A DNA stretch of 58,800 bases, from contig JBGATO010000019.1 of assembly GCA_044229145.1 (NCBI GenBank), positions 1 through 58,800 on the forward strand, written 5' to 3'. Numbering within the stretch: position 1 is the stretch's first letter; every line of letters starts with the position of its first letter. Positions 9,142-18,731 of the stretch are shown piece after piece. Source of the stretch: Candidatus Eiseniibacteriota bacterium (lineage in GTDB: Bacteria > Eisenbacteria > RBG-16-71-46 > CAZEPH01). Under the pieces are notes generated by a model. That model did no database searches. It was not told the origin of the DNA and saw nothing but the letters and a program-made list of their open reading frames with translations. Both the position numbers and the translations under genes were made by a program.

Positions 9142-9819
9142 ATGATCGCATTTGCCCCGCTGGTGGCGTTGCTCGCCCTCAACCTGGTGCTGGCGGCGTG
9201 GGTGTCGCTGACCCTGCCGCGCGCCGCCACCGATCCGCGCCTCGGCGTCCGTCTGCCGCTCGCCGTGTTCTCCTGGTGCGTGATCGCCACGGCCGTGTCG
9301 CGGACGCCGCTCTTCCTGACGCCGGCGGAGGCGGGGACGCCGCCGTTCGCGCCGCTGGTCGCCGTGCCGCCGCTGGTGATTCTGCAGCTCATCGCCGCGA
9401 GCCGCTGGACGGCGCTGCGCGATGCGTTGGCGCGCACGCCAGCCGCCGCGCTCATCGCCCCGCAGATTCTTCGCGCGCCGTACGGCGTGATCCTGCTCGC
9501 GTTCGGACGCCACGGCGCATTGCCGCATGCGTTCGCGCAACCGGCCGGCCGCGGCGATCTCATCGTCGGCGGCACGGCGATCCTCGCGGCGCTCGTCGCG
9601 GGCCGCGGCAAGGCGGGCCGCACGATCGCGATGGTGTGGAACGTTCTCGCCGCCGCCGAGCTGTGCCTCGTCGTGGCGCGCGGCGCCCGCACGCTGATTC
9701 CGTGGGCGAAGGAGATGCACCACGCGGTGCCGATCGGCACGCTGCCGCTGTTCGCGGTGCCGCTGTTCCTGGCACTGCATGTGTGGACGATGCGAGCGTT
9801 GATGAAGCGCGAAGCGTAG
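9142..9819 (+). CDS. Multi-pass membrane protein (likely MarR target)
   Basis: About 6 hydrophobic segments; 'FAQPAGRGDL', 'VPLFLALH'. Confidence 0.7.
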   Translation: MIAFAPLVALLALNLVLAAWVSLTLPRAATDPRLGVRLPLAVFSWCVIATAVSRTPLFLTPAEAGTPPFAPLVAVPPLVILQLIAASRWTALRDALARTPAAALIAPQILRAPYGVILLAFGRHGALPHAFAQPAGRGDLIVGGTAILAALVAGRGKAGRTIAMVWNVLAAAELCLVVARGARTLIPWAKEMHHAVPIGTLPLFAVPLFLALHVWTMRALMKREA

Positions 9820-9825
9820 CGCTCG

Positions 9826-10608
9826 CTAATCGCGCCGCGCGGCGATCCGCAACCCGATCCCGCGCAAATGTCCCTCGAACACACGCGCGCGCTCGGCATC
9901 GTACGCGGCTTGCGCGATGGCGCGGCCGCGTGGCGTCCGTTCGAGGCGCCAGCACAGATAGCGATAGAGGTACTCGACGCTCGCGACCTCGGTGAGCGTG
10001 AAGCGCTCGCGCACCGCGGCGCGCAATGTTTCGCCGGTGTGCAGACGATGCTCCTCGCCGTACTCGCGGCGCCAGCGCGCGAGGAACGCATCGACGTCCT
10101 CGCCGTCGAGCCACGGCTCGCGCACCACCTCCGCCGCCTCGCATACCGCGAACATCTCGACGATCCAGCGCGCCGTCTCGCGGTCGAGCGTCTCCCAGGC
10201 GAACTCCTCGAGCAGCAACACGCCGCCCGGCCGCAACAGCCCGCGCGCGTGATCGAGCGCCACGCCGAGCGGTTCCATGTGATGCAACGACCGAGTGAAG
10301 AGCGCCGCGTCGAACGGTGTGTCGTGCGTGAACGTCACCGCGTCCGCGCACACTGCGTGCACGCCGCGCGCGCGCGACGCCTCCACCATCTCGGGATCGC
10401 TGTCGACGGCGAGCACGTCGTAGCCTCGCGCCATCAACGCCGCGGCGAGCAGACCATCGCCCGCGCCCAACTCGACGACGCGCGCCGGCGCCGGCGGCAA
10501 CACGCGCGCGCAGTGTGCCAACGTGTGCGCGAGGCCGACCATGCGCGGCTCGTGCGTGTCATCCACGCGCGGCGGCGGCGCGTGGTGGTGAGGGTGCGCG
10601 TGCGTCAT
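9826..10608 (-). CDS. Class I SAM-dependent methyltransferase
   Basis: 'VVELGAGDG', 'FDAALFTRSLHH', 'LLRPGGVLLLEE'. Confidence 0.9.
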   Translation of the reverse strand: MTHAHPHHHAPPPRVDDTHEPRMVGLAHTLAHCARVLPPAPARVVELGAGDGLLAAALMARGYDVLAVDSDPEMVEASRARGVHAVCADAVTFTHDTPFDAALFTRSLHHMEPLGVALDHARGLLRPGGVLLLEEFAWETLDRETARWIVEMFAVCEAAEVVREPWLDGEDVDAFLARWRREYGEEHRLHTGETLRAAVRERFTLTEVASVEYLYRYLCWRLERTPRGRAIAQAAYDAERARVFEGHLRGIGLRIAARRD

Positions 10609-10621
10609 CGCGCGCGCGACG

Positions 10622-11911
10622 CTACGCGCTCAGCCACTGCAACGAGAAGCCGCCCGCCGCGCCGCCATCGACCGCGACCGCGCGCCCTTCGCCGAGCGCG
10701 CCCATGACCGCGGTCCAGTCGTCCGCCGAGAGGAACACGGCGAAGCCGTCTTCAACCGTGCGCACCGACGTCTGCGGCTGTCCCGGCACCAACGCGACGA
10801 AGTTGCCGGCGACGCGCGGGTCGTCGTTGCCGGCGTCGCCGATGGTGAGTGGCGTATCGCCGTCGGGCGGGAACACCATGCAGCGCGCGAGATCCGCACC
10901 GATGCCGGCGTAGAAGATGAGCGGCGCGTTCGCCGGCAGTCCCGGAATCGCGTCCTTCAGCATCGGCGCCAGTCGCGGTGGCAAGCACGCGTAGACCGTG
11001 TTCTGTGTCCACTGCGCGGTGGTCACGCGCGGCATCCACACGCCGCCGTCGTACGCGCTCACCGTCGGCGCCGGCTGCGCGAGGATGCTCTTCTGCATGT
11101 CGTCCGGCACGAACACCGGCTCGCGGTCGCGATCCACATACGGCGGGGTCGGGAAGAAGCGGTACTTCTGTCCGAGCTTCGAGAGCAGACGCGCGTGGCC
11201 GAAGCGCTCGGCGATCTGCAACTCCGTCTCGGTGACGATGACGAGCGAGAGCCACGCGGCGAGGAACTCGGGATCGCCGCCGTGACCGGCGGGGTGCGTG
11301 AACAGCACCCCCTTGAAGTCGGCGCGGCCGAGCAAGCCTTGATCGCCGCCGAGCGCGGCGGTTGCGCCGACGTCGGCGCGTTCGCCGGCCTGCGCGCGCT
11401 GGTACATCGAGAAGATGAGCGCCGCCGGATCCTGCGGGAACTGGTCCGGCGTTTCGCCCTCGCGCACCGCGACGCCGAGCATGATTTCCTTCTGGCCGGC
11501 GCGCAGCAGGCCGTCGCTCGCCAGCAACCACGCCGGCACCGAGCCGCCCGGGCCGTCGAACTGCGTCAGGAAGACATTGATCGCCAGTTCGTTCGGGACG
11601 ATTTCCATGCGGGCGATGCGGATGAGGCCATTCTCGTCCGGCTCGCCGTAGTCGTGGACGTGGCCGGGCGCGCCGTGATCGTGGTCGTGATCGCCATGAT
11701 CGTGGTCGCCGTGATCGTGTGCGGCGTGATCGTGGCCGGCGTGCTCGTCGAAGGCCTCGTCGTCGGCCGGTTCGTCCTCGAGGTCGTAGGCGTCGGAGAC
11801 CAGGCGCACCGGCTCGGCGTCTTCGCGCGCGGGCGGCGCGGCGGGACGCGGGGCGGGGCTCGGCGTCTGCGGCTCCTCGGGGGTGTCCTTCTTGTTCCAC
11901 GGCCAACGCAT
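10622..11911 (-). CDS. Protein with His/Asp-rich N-terminus and SARA/endofin C-terminal (DUF3480)-like domain
   Basis: Colinear motif resemblance to the ZFYVE9/ZFYVE16 C-terminus (see findings); AGGAG RBS. Confidence 0.65.
   Translation of the reverse strand: MRWPWNKKDTPEEPQTPSPAPRPAAPPAREDAEPVRLVSDAYDLEDEPADDEAFDEHAGHDHAAHDHGDHDHGDHDHDHGAPGHVHDYGEPDENGLIRIARMEIVPNELAINVFLTQFDGPGGSVPAWLLASDGLLRAGQKEIMLGVAVREGETPDQFPQDPAALIFSMYQRAQAGERADVGATAALGGDQGLLGRADFKGVLFTHPAGHGGDPEFLAAWLSLVIVTETELQIAERFGHARLLSKLGQKYRFFPTPPYVDRDREPVFVPDDMQKSILAQPAPTVSAYDGGVWMPRVTTAQWTQNTVYACLPPRLAPMLKDAIPGLPANAPLIFYAGIGADLARCMVFPPDGDTPLTIGDAGNDDPRVAGNFVALVPGQPQTSVRTVEDGFAVFLSADDWTAVMGALGEGRAVAVDGGAAGGFSLQWLSA
11671..11745 (-). 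repeat. Coding low-complexity repeat (His-Asp-His-Gly-Asp units)
   Basis: Encodes HAGHDHAAHDHGDHDHGDHDHDHG; repeated gtgatcgtg units. Confidence 0.8.
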
Positions 11912-12010
11912 GACTTCAGCTCCTCTCGAATGTGTGCGGAATGTCGCTGTCGCGGGGGAGAGCCGCGCACCATACCGCAGGCGCGGCGCGGCCGTCAGCC
12001 GTCGCGTGTG

Positions 12011-12508
12011 CTACAGCGCGTCCGGCCGGTTGAGGCGATGCAACGACACCGCCCACGGCGTCACGTAGAGCACCACCCACGCGCAATAGGGCACGAGCAG
12101 CAACGCCGATGTGTGGTCGATGCTCCACAGCGCGAGCTCGGCCACCGCCAGCGGGGCCAGGAACACGAGCGCCGCCGCCATGCCGGCCGCGGTCGAGCGC
12201 AACGCGAGCAGACTCGACGGCACGCCCTCGGCGGCCACCATCATCACCAGCATCGCTCCGAGTGCCACGACGCGCAGCGACGGCACGACGTCGGACTCCA
12301 GCAACCGGTACAGGATGACGCCCTCGATCAGATACACGAGCGCCTGGACGACGAACAGCACGGCGCTCGGCAGATGCCAGGCCGCACGCCGGCGGCCGGC
12401 CAGCCACGCCAGCGCCTCGCGACTTTGGAACATCCCGCCCGCCAGCGACAGCAGAATGCACGTCAGGGCGGCAAGCGCGACGTGGGGCAAGTCGAGGTGC
12501 GGCGTCAT
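12011..12508 (-). CDS. TspO/MBR-family membrane protein
   Basis: 5 hydrophobic segments; 'IDHTSALLLVPYCAWV...LHRLN' typical TspO end. Confidence 0.75.
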   Translation of the reverse strand: MTPHLDLPHVALAALTCILLSLAGGMFQSREALAWLAGRRRAAWHLPSAVLFVVQALVYLIEGVILYRLLESDVVPSLRVVALGAMLVMMVAAEGVPSSLLALRSTAAGMAAALVFLAPLAVAELALWSIDHTSALLLVPYCAWVVLYVTPWAVSLHRLNRPDAL

Positions 12509-13414
12509 CTAGTTCTCCGTGGCCCGGCGCAGCGTGTCGAGGGTATCGGCCACCAGCGCCGCATCATGCAGGTCGTGAGCGTAGCGAAGCAGCATGGCGG
12601 CGTGAGACGCCGCGCGCAACCGCGCGACGCGGCGGCGGACCTCCGAGACGTCGCCGTAGACGCGCCAGAACGCGGGGCGCGCCGCCGCGGGGAGGAAGCC
12701 GTACACGAGGGCGAGATCGACGGCGGGATCGCCTCGGTGTATATCCCCCCAATCGATGACGGCGGCCGGCGCGCCCTCCGCGTCCACGAGGACGTGGCAG
12801 GCGTAGAGGTCGCCGTGGACGAGGGTGTCGGCGGACGGCGCCCAGTCCTCGGGGACGGAGTCGACCAGAGCCTGGAGCGCGGCGTCGTCGTCAATATGCT
12901 TTTCTGCAACGAGTTGCGAGAAGTTCTCGTGTGCGCGCGGGACGAGGATGTCGAAGTTGGTGCGGCTACACATATCAGTCGAGTGCACGGCAGGATCCAC
13001 GGGCTGCGCGTGCAAGGCCCGGAGGAACGCCGCCAAGGGCTCGGCCGCGGCGGCACGCTGCGCGTCGGTGAGCCGGGCGCGGCACGCCGGCCTGCCCGGC
13101 AGCAGCCGATAGCCGACGAACGGCCACGGATACGCCTCGCTCGGCGCGCCCGTGAACTCCGGCACCGGCGCCGGGAGCGGCAACCGGCCGGCGAGACGCG
13201 GCAATCCGCGCAATTCGGCCTCGATCGTCGCCACCGCGATCGCCCGCCGCGGAAAGCGAAACACCCACGTGCCGTGCACGAGATACGCCGTATTGTCGAA
13301 GCCTTCGCCGAAGGGCTCGAGGTGTACCGGCGCGAGCGCGGGGAATTGCGCGGCGATGAGGCGCGCGGCGAGCACCGCGTCGACGACGATTTCCGCCGTC
13401 CAGGTCGGCGCCAT
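12509..13414 (-). CDS. Aminoglycoside phosphotransferase (APH)-family kinase
   Basis: 'GEGFDN', 'VFRFPR', 'LVHGDL', 'VIDWGD..GDPAVDLA'. Confidence 0.9.
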   Translation of the reverse strand: MAPTWTAEIVVDAVLAARLIAAQFPALAPVHLEPFGEGFDNTAYLVHGTWVFRFPRRAIAVATIEAELRGLPRLAGRLPLPAPVPEFTGAPSEAYPWPFVGYRLLPGRPACRARLTDAQRAAAAEPLAAFLRALHAQPVDPAVHSTDMCSRTNFDILVPRAHENFSQLVAEKHIDDDAALQALVDSVPEDWAPSADTLVHGDLYACHVLVDAEGAPAAVIDWGDIHRGDPAVDLALVYGFLPAAARPAFWRVYGDVSEVRRRVARLRAASHAAMLLRYAHDLHDAALVADTLDTLRRATEN

Positions 13415-13416
13415 GG

Positions 13417-14298
13417 CTACGGCATCAACTGGATCGGCTTCTTGCCCTTCGCCGAGACCACCCACAGCGTCGACGACGGCCACTTACCGGTGATGTAGGC
13501 GATGCGCTCGGAGCGCTGGTCGGCCACCGCGTAGAACGCGCCCGGAAGGAACGGCTTCTCGGCGCCGCCGTGTGGCACGTTCGCGAAGACGGTGTCGTCG
13601 CGCGTGTAGAGGATCAGGCTGCCGCCCTTCGCCCAGGACGGGTAGAAGCCGCGCGCCACGCCGAGCCGCCTGCCGTTCTCGCGCGGGATGACGTAGACCG
13701 AATCCACGTCCCTGCTGGTCGAGAAGTACACCAGGCGCGAGCCGTCGGGCGACCACGCGGGATTCCAGTCGTTGCCCTGGCCGAGTTCGAGACTGCGCAG
13801 TCCGCTGCCGTCGGGTCGCATGAGGCAGATCCGCTGCAAGCTGTCGGTGCGCGCGCTGAGCGCGATCAGCGTGCCGTCGGGCGACCACGCCGGCGTGCGC
13901 GGATCCCGCGGCTGCGTGTGGAGTTCCTCCTGTTGCTCGCCGGTCGGCTTCATGATGAACAGCCGGGGCCGCTTGCCGCGGTTCGACTGGAAGATGACGT
14001 GGATGCCGTCGGGGCTGGAAGTCGGCCACATGTCGGGGCCGTCGGTGATCGGTTCGTAGCCGGAGCCATCGAGGTTGACGCGGTAGAGCCGGAACGTCGT
14101 CGAGTCGAATCCGGCGGCGAGCACGTGCGTGCTGTCCGGCAGCCACGCGACGCACTGCACGAAGCTCGGGGGGCGCACGCACACCCGTTTCACGGGCGGC
14201 GGCGGAGTGCGGCGCTGCGGCGCGCGGCGCGGCGCCTTCGCGGCGGCCACCGACAAGAGGGCGATCAATCCGACGGCCACGGCGCGACGCACCCTCAC
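13417..14298 (-). CDS. TolB-like PD40 beta-propeller, exported
   Basis: Repeated 'PAWSPDG' units; N-terminal signal-like segment. Confidence 0.85.
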   Translation of the reverse strand: MRVRRAVAVGLIALLSVAAAKAPRRAPQRRTPPPPVKRVCVRPPSFVQCVAWLPDSTHVLAAGFDSTTFRLYRVNLDGSGYEPITDGPDMWPTSSPDGIHVIFQSNRGKRPRLFIMKPTGEQQEELHTQPRDPRTPAWSPDGTLIALSARTDSLQRICLMRPDGSGLRSLELGQGNDWNPAWSPDGSRLVYFSTSRDVDSVYVIPRENGRRLGVARGFYPSWAKGGSLILYTRDDTVFANVPHGGAEKPFLPGAFYAVADQRSERIAYITGKWPSSTLWVVSAKGKKPIQLMP

Positions 14299-15284
14299 GA
14301 CTCCTCCAGCATCCCCAGCCGCAGCGCGGCGGCCTGGCGATACCACGGCCCGCCGTACACCGATTCTTCGTCGCGCGCGATGTCGACCAGCTTGAGGTCG
14401 TGTTCGTCGCGCGAGACCCGCGCCGCGGTGACGATCGCGTCCCACGCCGGGACGTCGGCGCGTTCGACCGGCTGCACCGCCGGCGCGCCGATGGTGACGT
14501 ACGCGGCGACCAACGCCTGCCAGAACCAGCGCAGATCGGCAGTCTGCGTGTACGGCGCGAGGAGCCGCATCGCGTGCGTCGCCGTCACCGCGTGCAGCGA
14601 GGTGAAGTCGCCCGAGGCGGCGTAGAGCCGAATCACCGCATCGGCCAGCCGCGTCAGCGTCGACTCATCCACCCGCAGCGCCGACGCCGCCTGCGCGAAG
14701 CCGGGCCGCATCGCCGCGACCTCCATCGACTCGAAGATGAGGCCGGCGTCGATCTCCTCGCGGCCGAGCGCGGGATCGTCGTGCACCGCCCGCAACAGGA
14801 CGAGCGGATCGGATTCGTGTCCGTCACCGGTGAGCCGGCCGAGCGGCTGATGGGCGATGGCCCAGTAGGCGAGACCGTCGGCAAGCTCGGCGCGGTCTTC
14901 GAAGCGGATGCCGTAGCCGGCGCGGATCAAACCGTGGAAGGCGCCGGCGCCGACGCCCGGCATCAGCACCGGCAGCACCGTGCGCAACGTCTCTGCCGGG
15001 CCGTGGGCGCGCAGCATCTCCTCGAACGTCGCGCGGAACTGCCCGAAGCGCGCACGGTTGCCGATCTGCGATTGCCAGCCATCGGCGGGGAAGGCCGCCG
15101 CGTCCTTCGCCATCTCGAGGCGCGGCCACAGCGTGGCGACGAGAGCGTTCAACTGGGCATCGCTCCCGCCGAGCACCGCCAGCGAGCGCGCCGCCATCGA
15201 GAGATGGTTGCTCAAGCCCTGGCGAAACTCCGGATGCCGCGTGCGATTGCGGCGCAGGATGTCGTCGAGTACCTCGGACGTCAT
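14295..15284 (-). CDS. Questin oxidase-like (DUF4243) protein
   Basis: 'LSNHLSMA', 'AFHGLIR.GY', 'LHAVTATHAMR', 'DEHDLKL'. Confidence 0.8.
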   Translation of the reverse strand: MTSEVLDDILRRNRTRHPEFRQGLSNHLSMAARSLAVLGGSDAQLNALVATLWPRLEMAKDAAAFPADGWQSQIGNRARFGQFRATFEEMLRAHGPAETLRTVLPVLMPGVGAGAFHGLIRAGYGIRFEDRAELADGLAYWAIAHQPLGRLTGDGHESDPLVLLRAVHDDPALGREEIDAGLIFESMEVAAMRPGFAQAASALRVDESTLTRLADAVIRLYAASGDFTSLHAVTATHAMRLLAPYTQTADLRWFWQALVAAYVTIGAPAVQPVERADVPAWDAIVTAARVSRDEHDLKLVDIARDEESVYGGPWYRQAAALRLGMLEES

Positions 15285-15757
15285 GCCCTCGGGGCGCGCT
15301 CCAAGACCTCGCGCGCCATCTCCTCCCAGCCCTCTGCCGTGAAGGCGATCGCGCGCACCGCGCGGACCGCCTGGAACGCGGCCTCGGCGCTCAGTCCGCG
15401 CCGCGTGCGCAGATAGTACGCCATCGTGAGGCCGGTCCGGTCTTTTCCCGAACGGCAGTGAATCATCAGTGGGCGCCCGGCGGCAAGCTGCGAGTCGATC
15501 CAGGCGGCCGTCTCGGCCAGCCGCGGCAGGTTCCGCTCGACGTCCCCGGGCTCCGGCGGCGCCGCCCGGGTGAGCGAAATGCGGGCGTACTCGATGCCCA
15601 CCGCGGCGAACTCCTCGGGGACGACCATGTCGCCATCGTTGACCGAGAGCACGGCGCGGATACCGCCGGCATACAGCTCCCGCACATCCCACGGATCCAA
15701 GTTCGGCCCGCTCCGGCCGGCGATCCGCCCGGGCTCGAGCCAAAACACGTGTTCCAT
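15281..15757 (-). CDS. Dual-specificity/tyrosine protein phosphatase
   Basis: CX5R motif 'IHCRSGKDRTG'. Confidence 0.9.
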   Translation of the reverse strand: MEHVFWLEPGRIAGRSGPNLDPWDVRELYAGGIRAVLSVNDGDMVVPEEFAAVGIEYARISLTRAAPPEPGDVERNLPRLAETAAWIDSQLAAGRPLMIHCRSGKDRTGLTMAYYLRTRRGLSAEAAFQAVRAVRAIAFTAEGWEEMAREVLERAPRA

Positions 15758-15759
15758 GC

Positions 15760-18603
15760 CTACCGGATCGTGTACGTGAAGGTCATCAGGAAGTAGCGGC
15801 CGAGCGAGCGGTTGAGTGCGTCCTCGACGTAGGATTCGGTCACCGTGCGCGTCGAGTTCTTCGACCGGTCGAGGATGTCCTGGGCGCTGAATTTGATTTC
15901 GCCGCGCTGCTTGAGCAAGAACTTCTGCGCCAGGCTGGCGTTCCACAGCACTACGTCCTGCGTGTAGCCGCTGGTGACGCCGTGCGACAGCGTGTGTGAG
16001 ACCTCCTGGCGCATCACGGTGCCGCCGAAGAACGTCGCGTTCACCGTCGCGTTGGCGCGGTGTGTGTAGTAGTCGCTGTCCTGCTCCCGGCTCAGCGTGT
16101 TGCGGCTCTTGTTGAAGGTGCCGAAGTACATGAGCGTGAAGTCGAGATTCTGCGACCGCGTCGACGTCATCACCACGCCGCCGGTGAACGCGTACGTGCC
16201 GGTGAGATTGCGCGCGCCGTCGAGAAGCCCCGGCGTCCGCGAGTAGTTGAGACCGCCGTTCAAACTCAGCGACGACTTGAGTGCGGCGAGCGGTCGCGTC
16301 GCCGTCAGGAACATGTTGGCACTCCACGCGCCCTGCAAGTTCACCGGTTGCGTCAGCTGCGTGCCGGCGCGCTGCGTGATGCCGCCCGGCAGCACGGTGT
16401 CGCTCAACGCAGTGGTCGTCGACTTGCCGATGTAGTCGCGCGTGCGGTCGAGGTAGAGCAGCAGGAACGTGCTGCGCGAACGCATCGGGTCGGCAATCAT
16501 GAAGCGCGTGCCGAGCGAGTGCACGTACGACTGCTGGAGATCCGGATTGCCCATCGACAATTGCAGCGGGTTCGAGTTGTCGACGACGTTCTGCAGCTGG
16601 CTGATGCTGGGCGTCGGCGTCGACGTCGAGTAGGTCATGCGCAACGAACGGCGGAAGTCGAAGTTGTCGATCAACTGCACCGTCGGCAGCACGTTGGTGA
16701 ACGTCTTCTCGATGGTCTGCGTCACCGGATAGGTCTGCGTCGATTGCAGCGTGTTCTGCTGCACCGCGACGGTGCTGGTGAGCCGCGCGCCCCCGCGCTT
16801 GTAGAGCCACGCGAGTCCGCCGTTCTGCGTCGTCGTCTTGTTGTCGAAGACGTTCGAGAGCGCGAGATCCGGCATCGTGTAGGCGCCGGTGCCGTCCGGC
16901 GTGTAGGCGCGGTTGTCGGCGTTCGACTTGTTGATGGCCGGCGCGTAGAACGCCTGCACCGTGTTGCGCGCGCCGAGCGGCTCGGACATCGTGGCGCGCA
17001 TCGTGTACTGCTCGGTGGTGGTGTGGCCGGTGGTGTGCTGATCCACCGTGTCCACCGCGGTCTCGAGGCCGGCGCCGTCGAAGTACTGCGTCGTGGACGC
17101 CAGCGTGCCCTGGCTGTCGCGCAGCGTGTGGCCAATGCCGAAATCCACCGCGAACGTCCGGCCGCGCTTCGGGAAGCGGTGGCGGTAGAGCAGGTGCGTC
17201 GACAGGTTGTTGCCGTCGGTGTCGGTGGTGGAGGCGCTCGTCGCCTTGTTGACGATGCCGCCGGTGGCGTTGCTGTTGCGGCCGTCGACGTTCGCGCTCG
17301 TCGCGTTCGACTGGAAGTACGCCTTCGGGACGAACATGAAGGTGTTCATCGAGTCGGCGTTCCAGGTGTAGCGGCCGTCGGCGCGGTGGTTGGTGTTGTG
17401 GGCCGCGGTCACCGCGTGCTGCATGTACTCGCTGATCGAGCCGAGCGGCACGGCGTACTGGCGCAGGATGTCCTGCGTGTTGTCGTTGTCGCCGTCGTTG
17501 AAGAAGTAGCTCTGCGCCGCGGTGAGCGCGGTGCCGGCGCTCGTCGTCAAGTTGCCGCCGATCGAACCGGTCGAGTTGATGCCATCCTGCTGCCCGACGA
17601 AGAAGCTGCCGAAGCCTGGACCGCTGCCGCCGCCGGGCGGTCCGAAGCGCCGGCCTGGCCCGCCGGGGCCGCCGCGTCCGCCGAAGAACATGCCGCCGCC
17701 GCCCATCATCGGCATCCCGCGCATCGGCGACACGTTGAGCACGCCGAGGATGTCCTGCGGCGAGAAGTTCTGCTGGTCGACGTTGTTCGCCATCCCGATG
17801 ATCGAGAGGCGCGACGTGCCCTTGAAGATGTTGTTGCTGAGGCCGGCCGTGTAGTGGTCCTCGTCGCCGTGTCCCGCGTACATCTTGCCGAAGACGCCGT
17901 TGCGCTTCTCGGGGCGCAGCATGACGTTCATCGTCTTGGTGGTATTGCCGTCGTCGAAGCCGGTGAAGTCGGAGAGGTCGCTCTGGCGGTCGTAGACCTG
18001 CACGCGATCCACCACTTCGGCCGGCAGGTTGCGCAGCGCCGCCGTCGGGTCGCTGCCGAAGAACGGTTTGCCGTCCACCAACACCTGCTGCACGTTCTCG
18101 CCATTGTGCTTCACGGTGCCGTTGGTGACGGTGACGCCCGGCAACTTGGCGACGAGGTCCTCGCTCGTCGCGTCCTTCTGCGTCTTGAACACCTTCGCGC
18201 TGAACTCGGTGGTGTCGGCTTTTTGCATCGCCGCGGCCTTCTGGCCTTCGATCTCGACCGCGCTCACGGGTACGGCGGACACGCCGAGTTCGAGTTTGCC
18301 GAGGTCGGTGGTGGCCGCGTCCACCTTCACCGGCTTCATGATGCGCCCGTAGCCCACACGGCTCGCGGTGAGCCGGTACGGCCCGAACGGCACGTCCTTC
18401 AGCGAGAAGGAACCGTCGGCCTTGGAGATCGTTTCGTAGTGGAGCGTGGTGTCGCTGGGCACCGCGAGCTTGACCCACACGCCGAGGACCGGCTTGCCGC
18501 TGGCGCCGTCGACCGTGGTGCCGGTGACGCGGGCTGTCTGGGCGAATGCGACGACGGGAAGCGCCACGAGACAGGCGCTGAACACAAGTGCACGAAGGGT
18601 CAT
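15760..18603 (-). CDS. TonB-dependent-like outer-membrane beta-barrel with carboxypeptidase-regulatory-like N-domain
   Basis: Signal peptide; 'DTTEF..EDLVAKLPG', 'VLVDGKPFFG.DP', 'GNPDL', C-terminal 'RYFLMTFTY'. Confidence 0.88.
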   Translation of the reverse strand: MTLRALVFSACLVALPVVAFAQTARVTGTTVDGASGKPVLGVWVKLAVPSDTTLHYETISKADGSFSLKDVPFGPYRLTASRVGYGRIMKPVKVDAATTDLGKLELGVSAVPVSAVEIEGQKAAAMQKADTTEFSAKVFKTQKDATSEDLVAKLPGVTVTNGTVKHNGENVQQVLVDGKPFFGSDPTAALRNLPAEVVDRVQVYDRQSDLSDFTGFDDGNTTKTMNVMLRPEKRNGVFGKMYAGHGDEDHYTAGLSNNIFKGTSRLSIIGMANNVDQQNFSPQDILGVLNVSPMRGMPMMGGGGMFFGGRGGPGGPGRRFGPPGGGSGPGFGSFFVGQQDGINSTGSIGGNLTTSAGTALTAAQSYFFNDGDNDNTQDILRQYAVPLGSISEYMQHAVTAAHNTNHRADGRYTWNADSMNTFMFVPKAYFQSNATSANVDGRNSNATGGIVNKATSASTTDTDGNNLSTHLLYRHRFPKRGRTFAVDFGIGHTLRDSQGTLASTTQYFDGAGLETAVDTVDQHTTGHTTTEQYTMRATMSEPLGARNTVQAFYAPAINKSNADNRAYTPDGTGAYTMPDLALSNVFDNKTTTQNGGLAWLYKRGGARLTSTVAVQQNTLQSTQTYPVTQTIEKTFTNVLPTVQLIDNFDFRRSLRMTYSTSTPTPSISQLQNVVDNSNPLQLSMGNPDLQQSYVHSLGTRFMIADPMRSRSTFLLLYLDRTRDYIGKSTTTALSDTVLPGGITQRAGTQLTQPVNLQGAWSANMFLTATRPLAALKSSLSLNGGLNYSRTPGLLDGARNLTGTYAFTGGVVMTSTRSQNLDFTLMYFGTFNKSRNTLSREQDSDYYTHRANATVNATFFGGTVMRQEVSHTLSHGVTSGYTQDVVLWNASLAQKFLLKQRGEIKFSAQDILDRSKNSTRTVTESYVEDALNRSLGRYFLMTFTYTIR

Positions 18604-18731
18604 GTCGGTTTCGATTCCACAAGGGGGGCAACGAGGACGCACGCCGGCGCGGCAGAGAGGGCCAGGCGTCGGGTACTCAGACACCCGCAGCGGGCGCGGC
18701 GTTAGCCAGCCAATCGGCTGGACCATTCCAA

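Noticed and set aside
11671..11745. CRISPR-like or non-coding tandem repeat
   Set aside because: In-frame coding His/Asp repeat with no spacers and no cas genes
12509..13414. Bona fide aminoglycoside resistance gene
   Set aside because: Only the generic APH/choline-kinase fold is evident; substrate cannot be inferred
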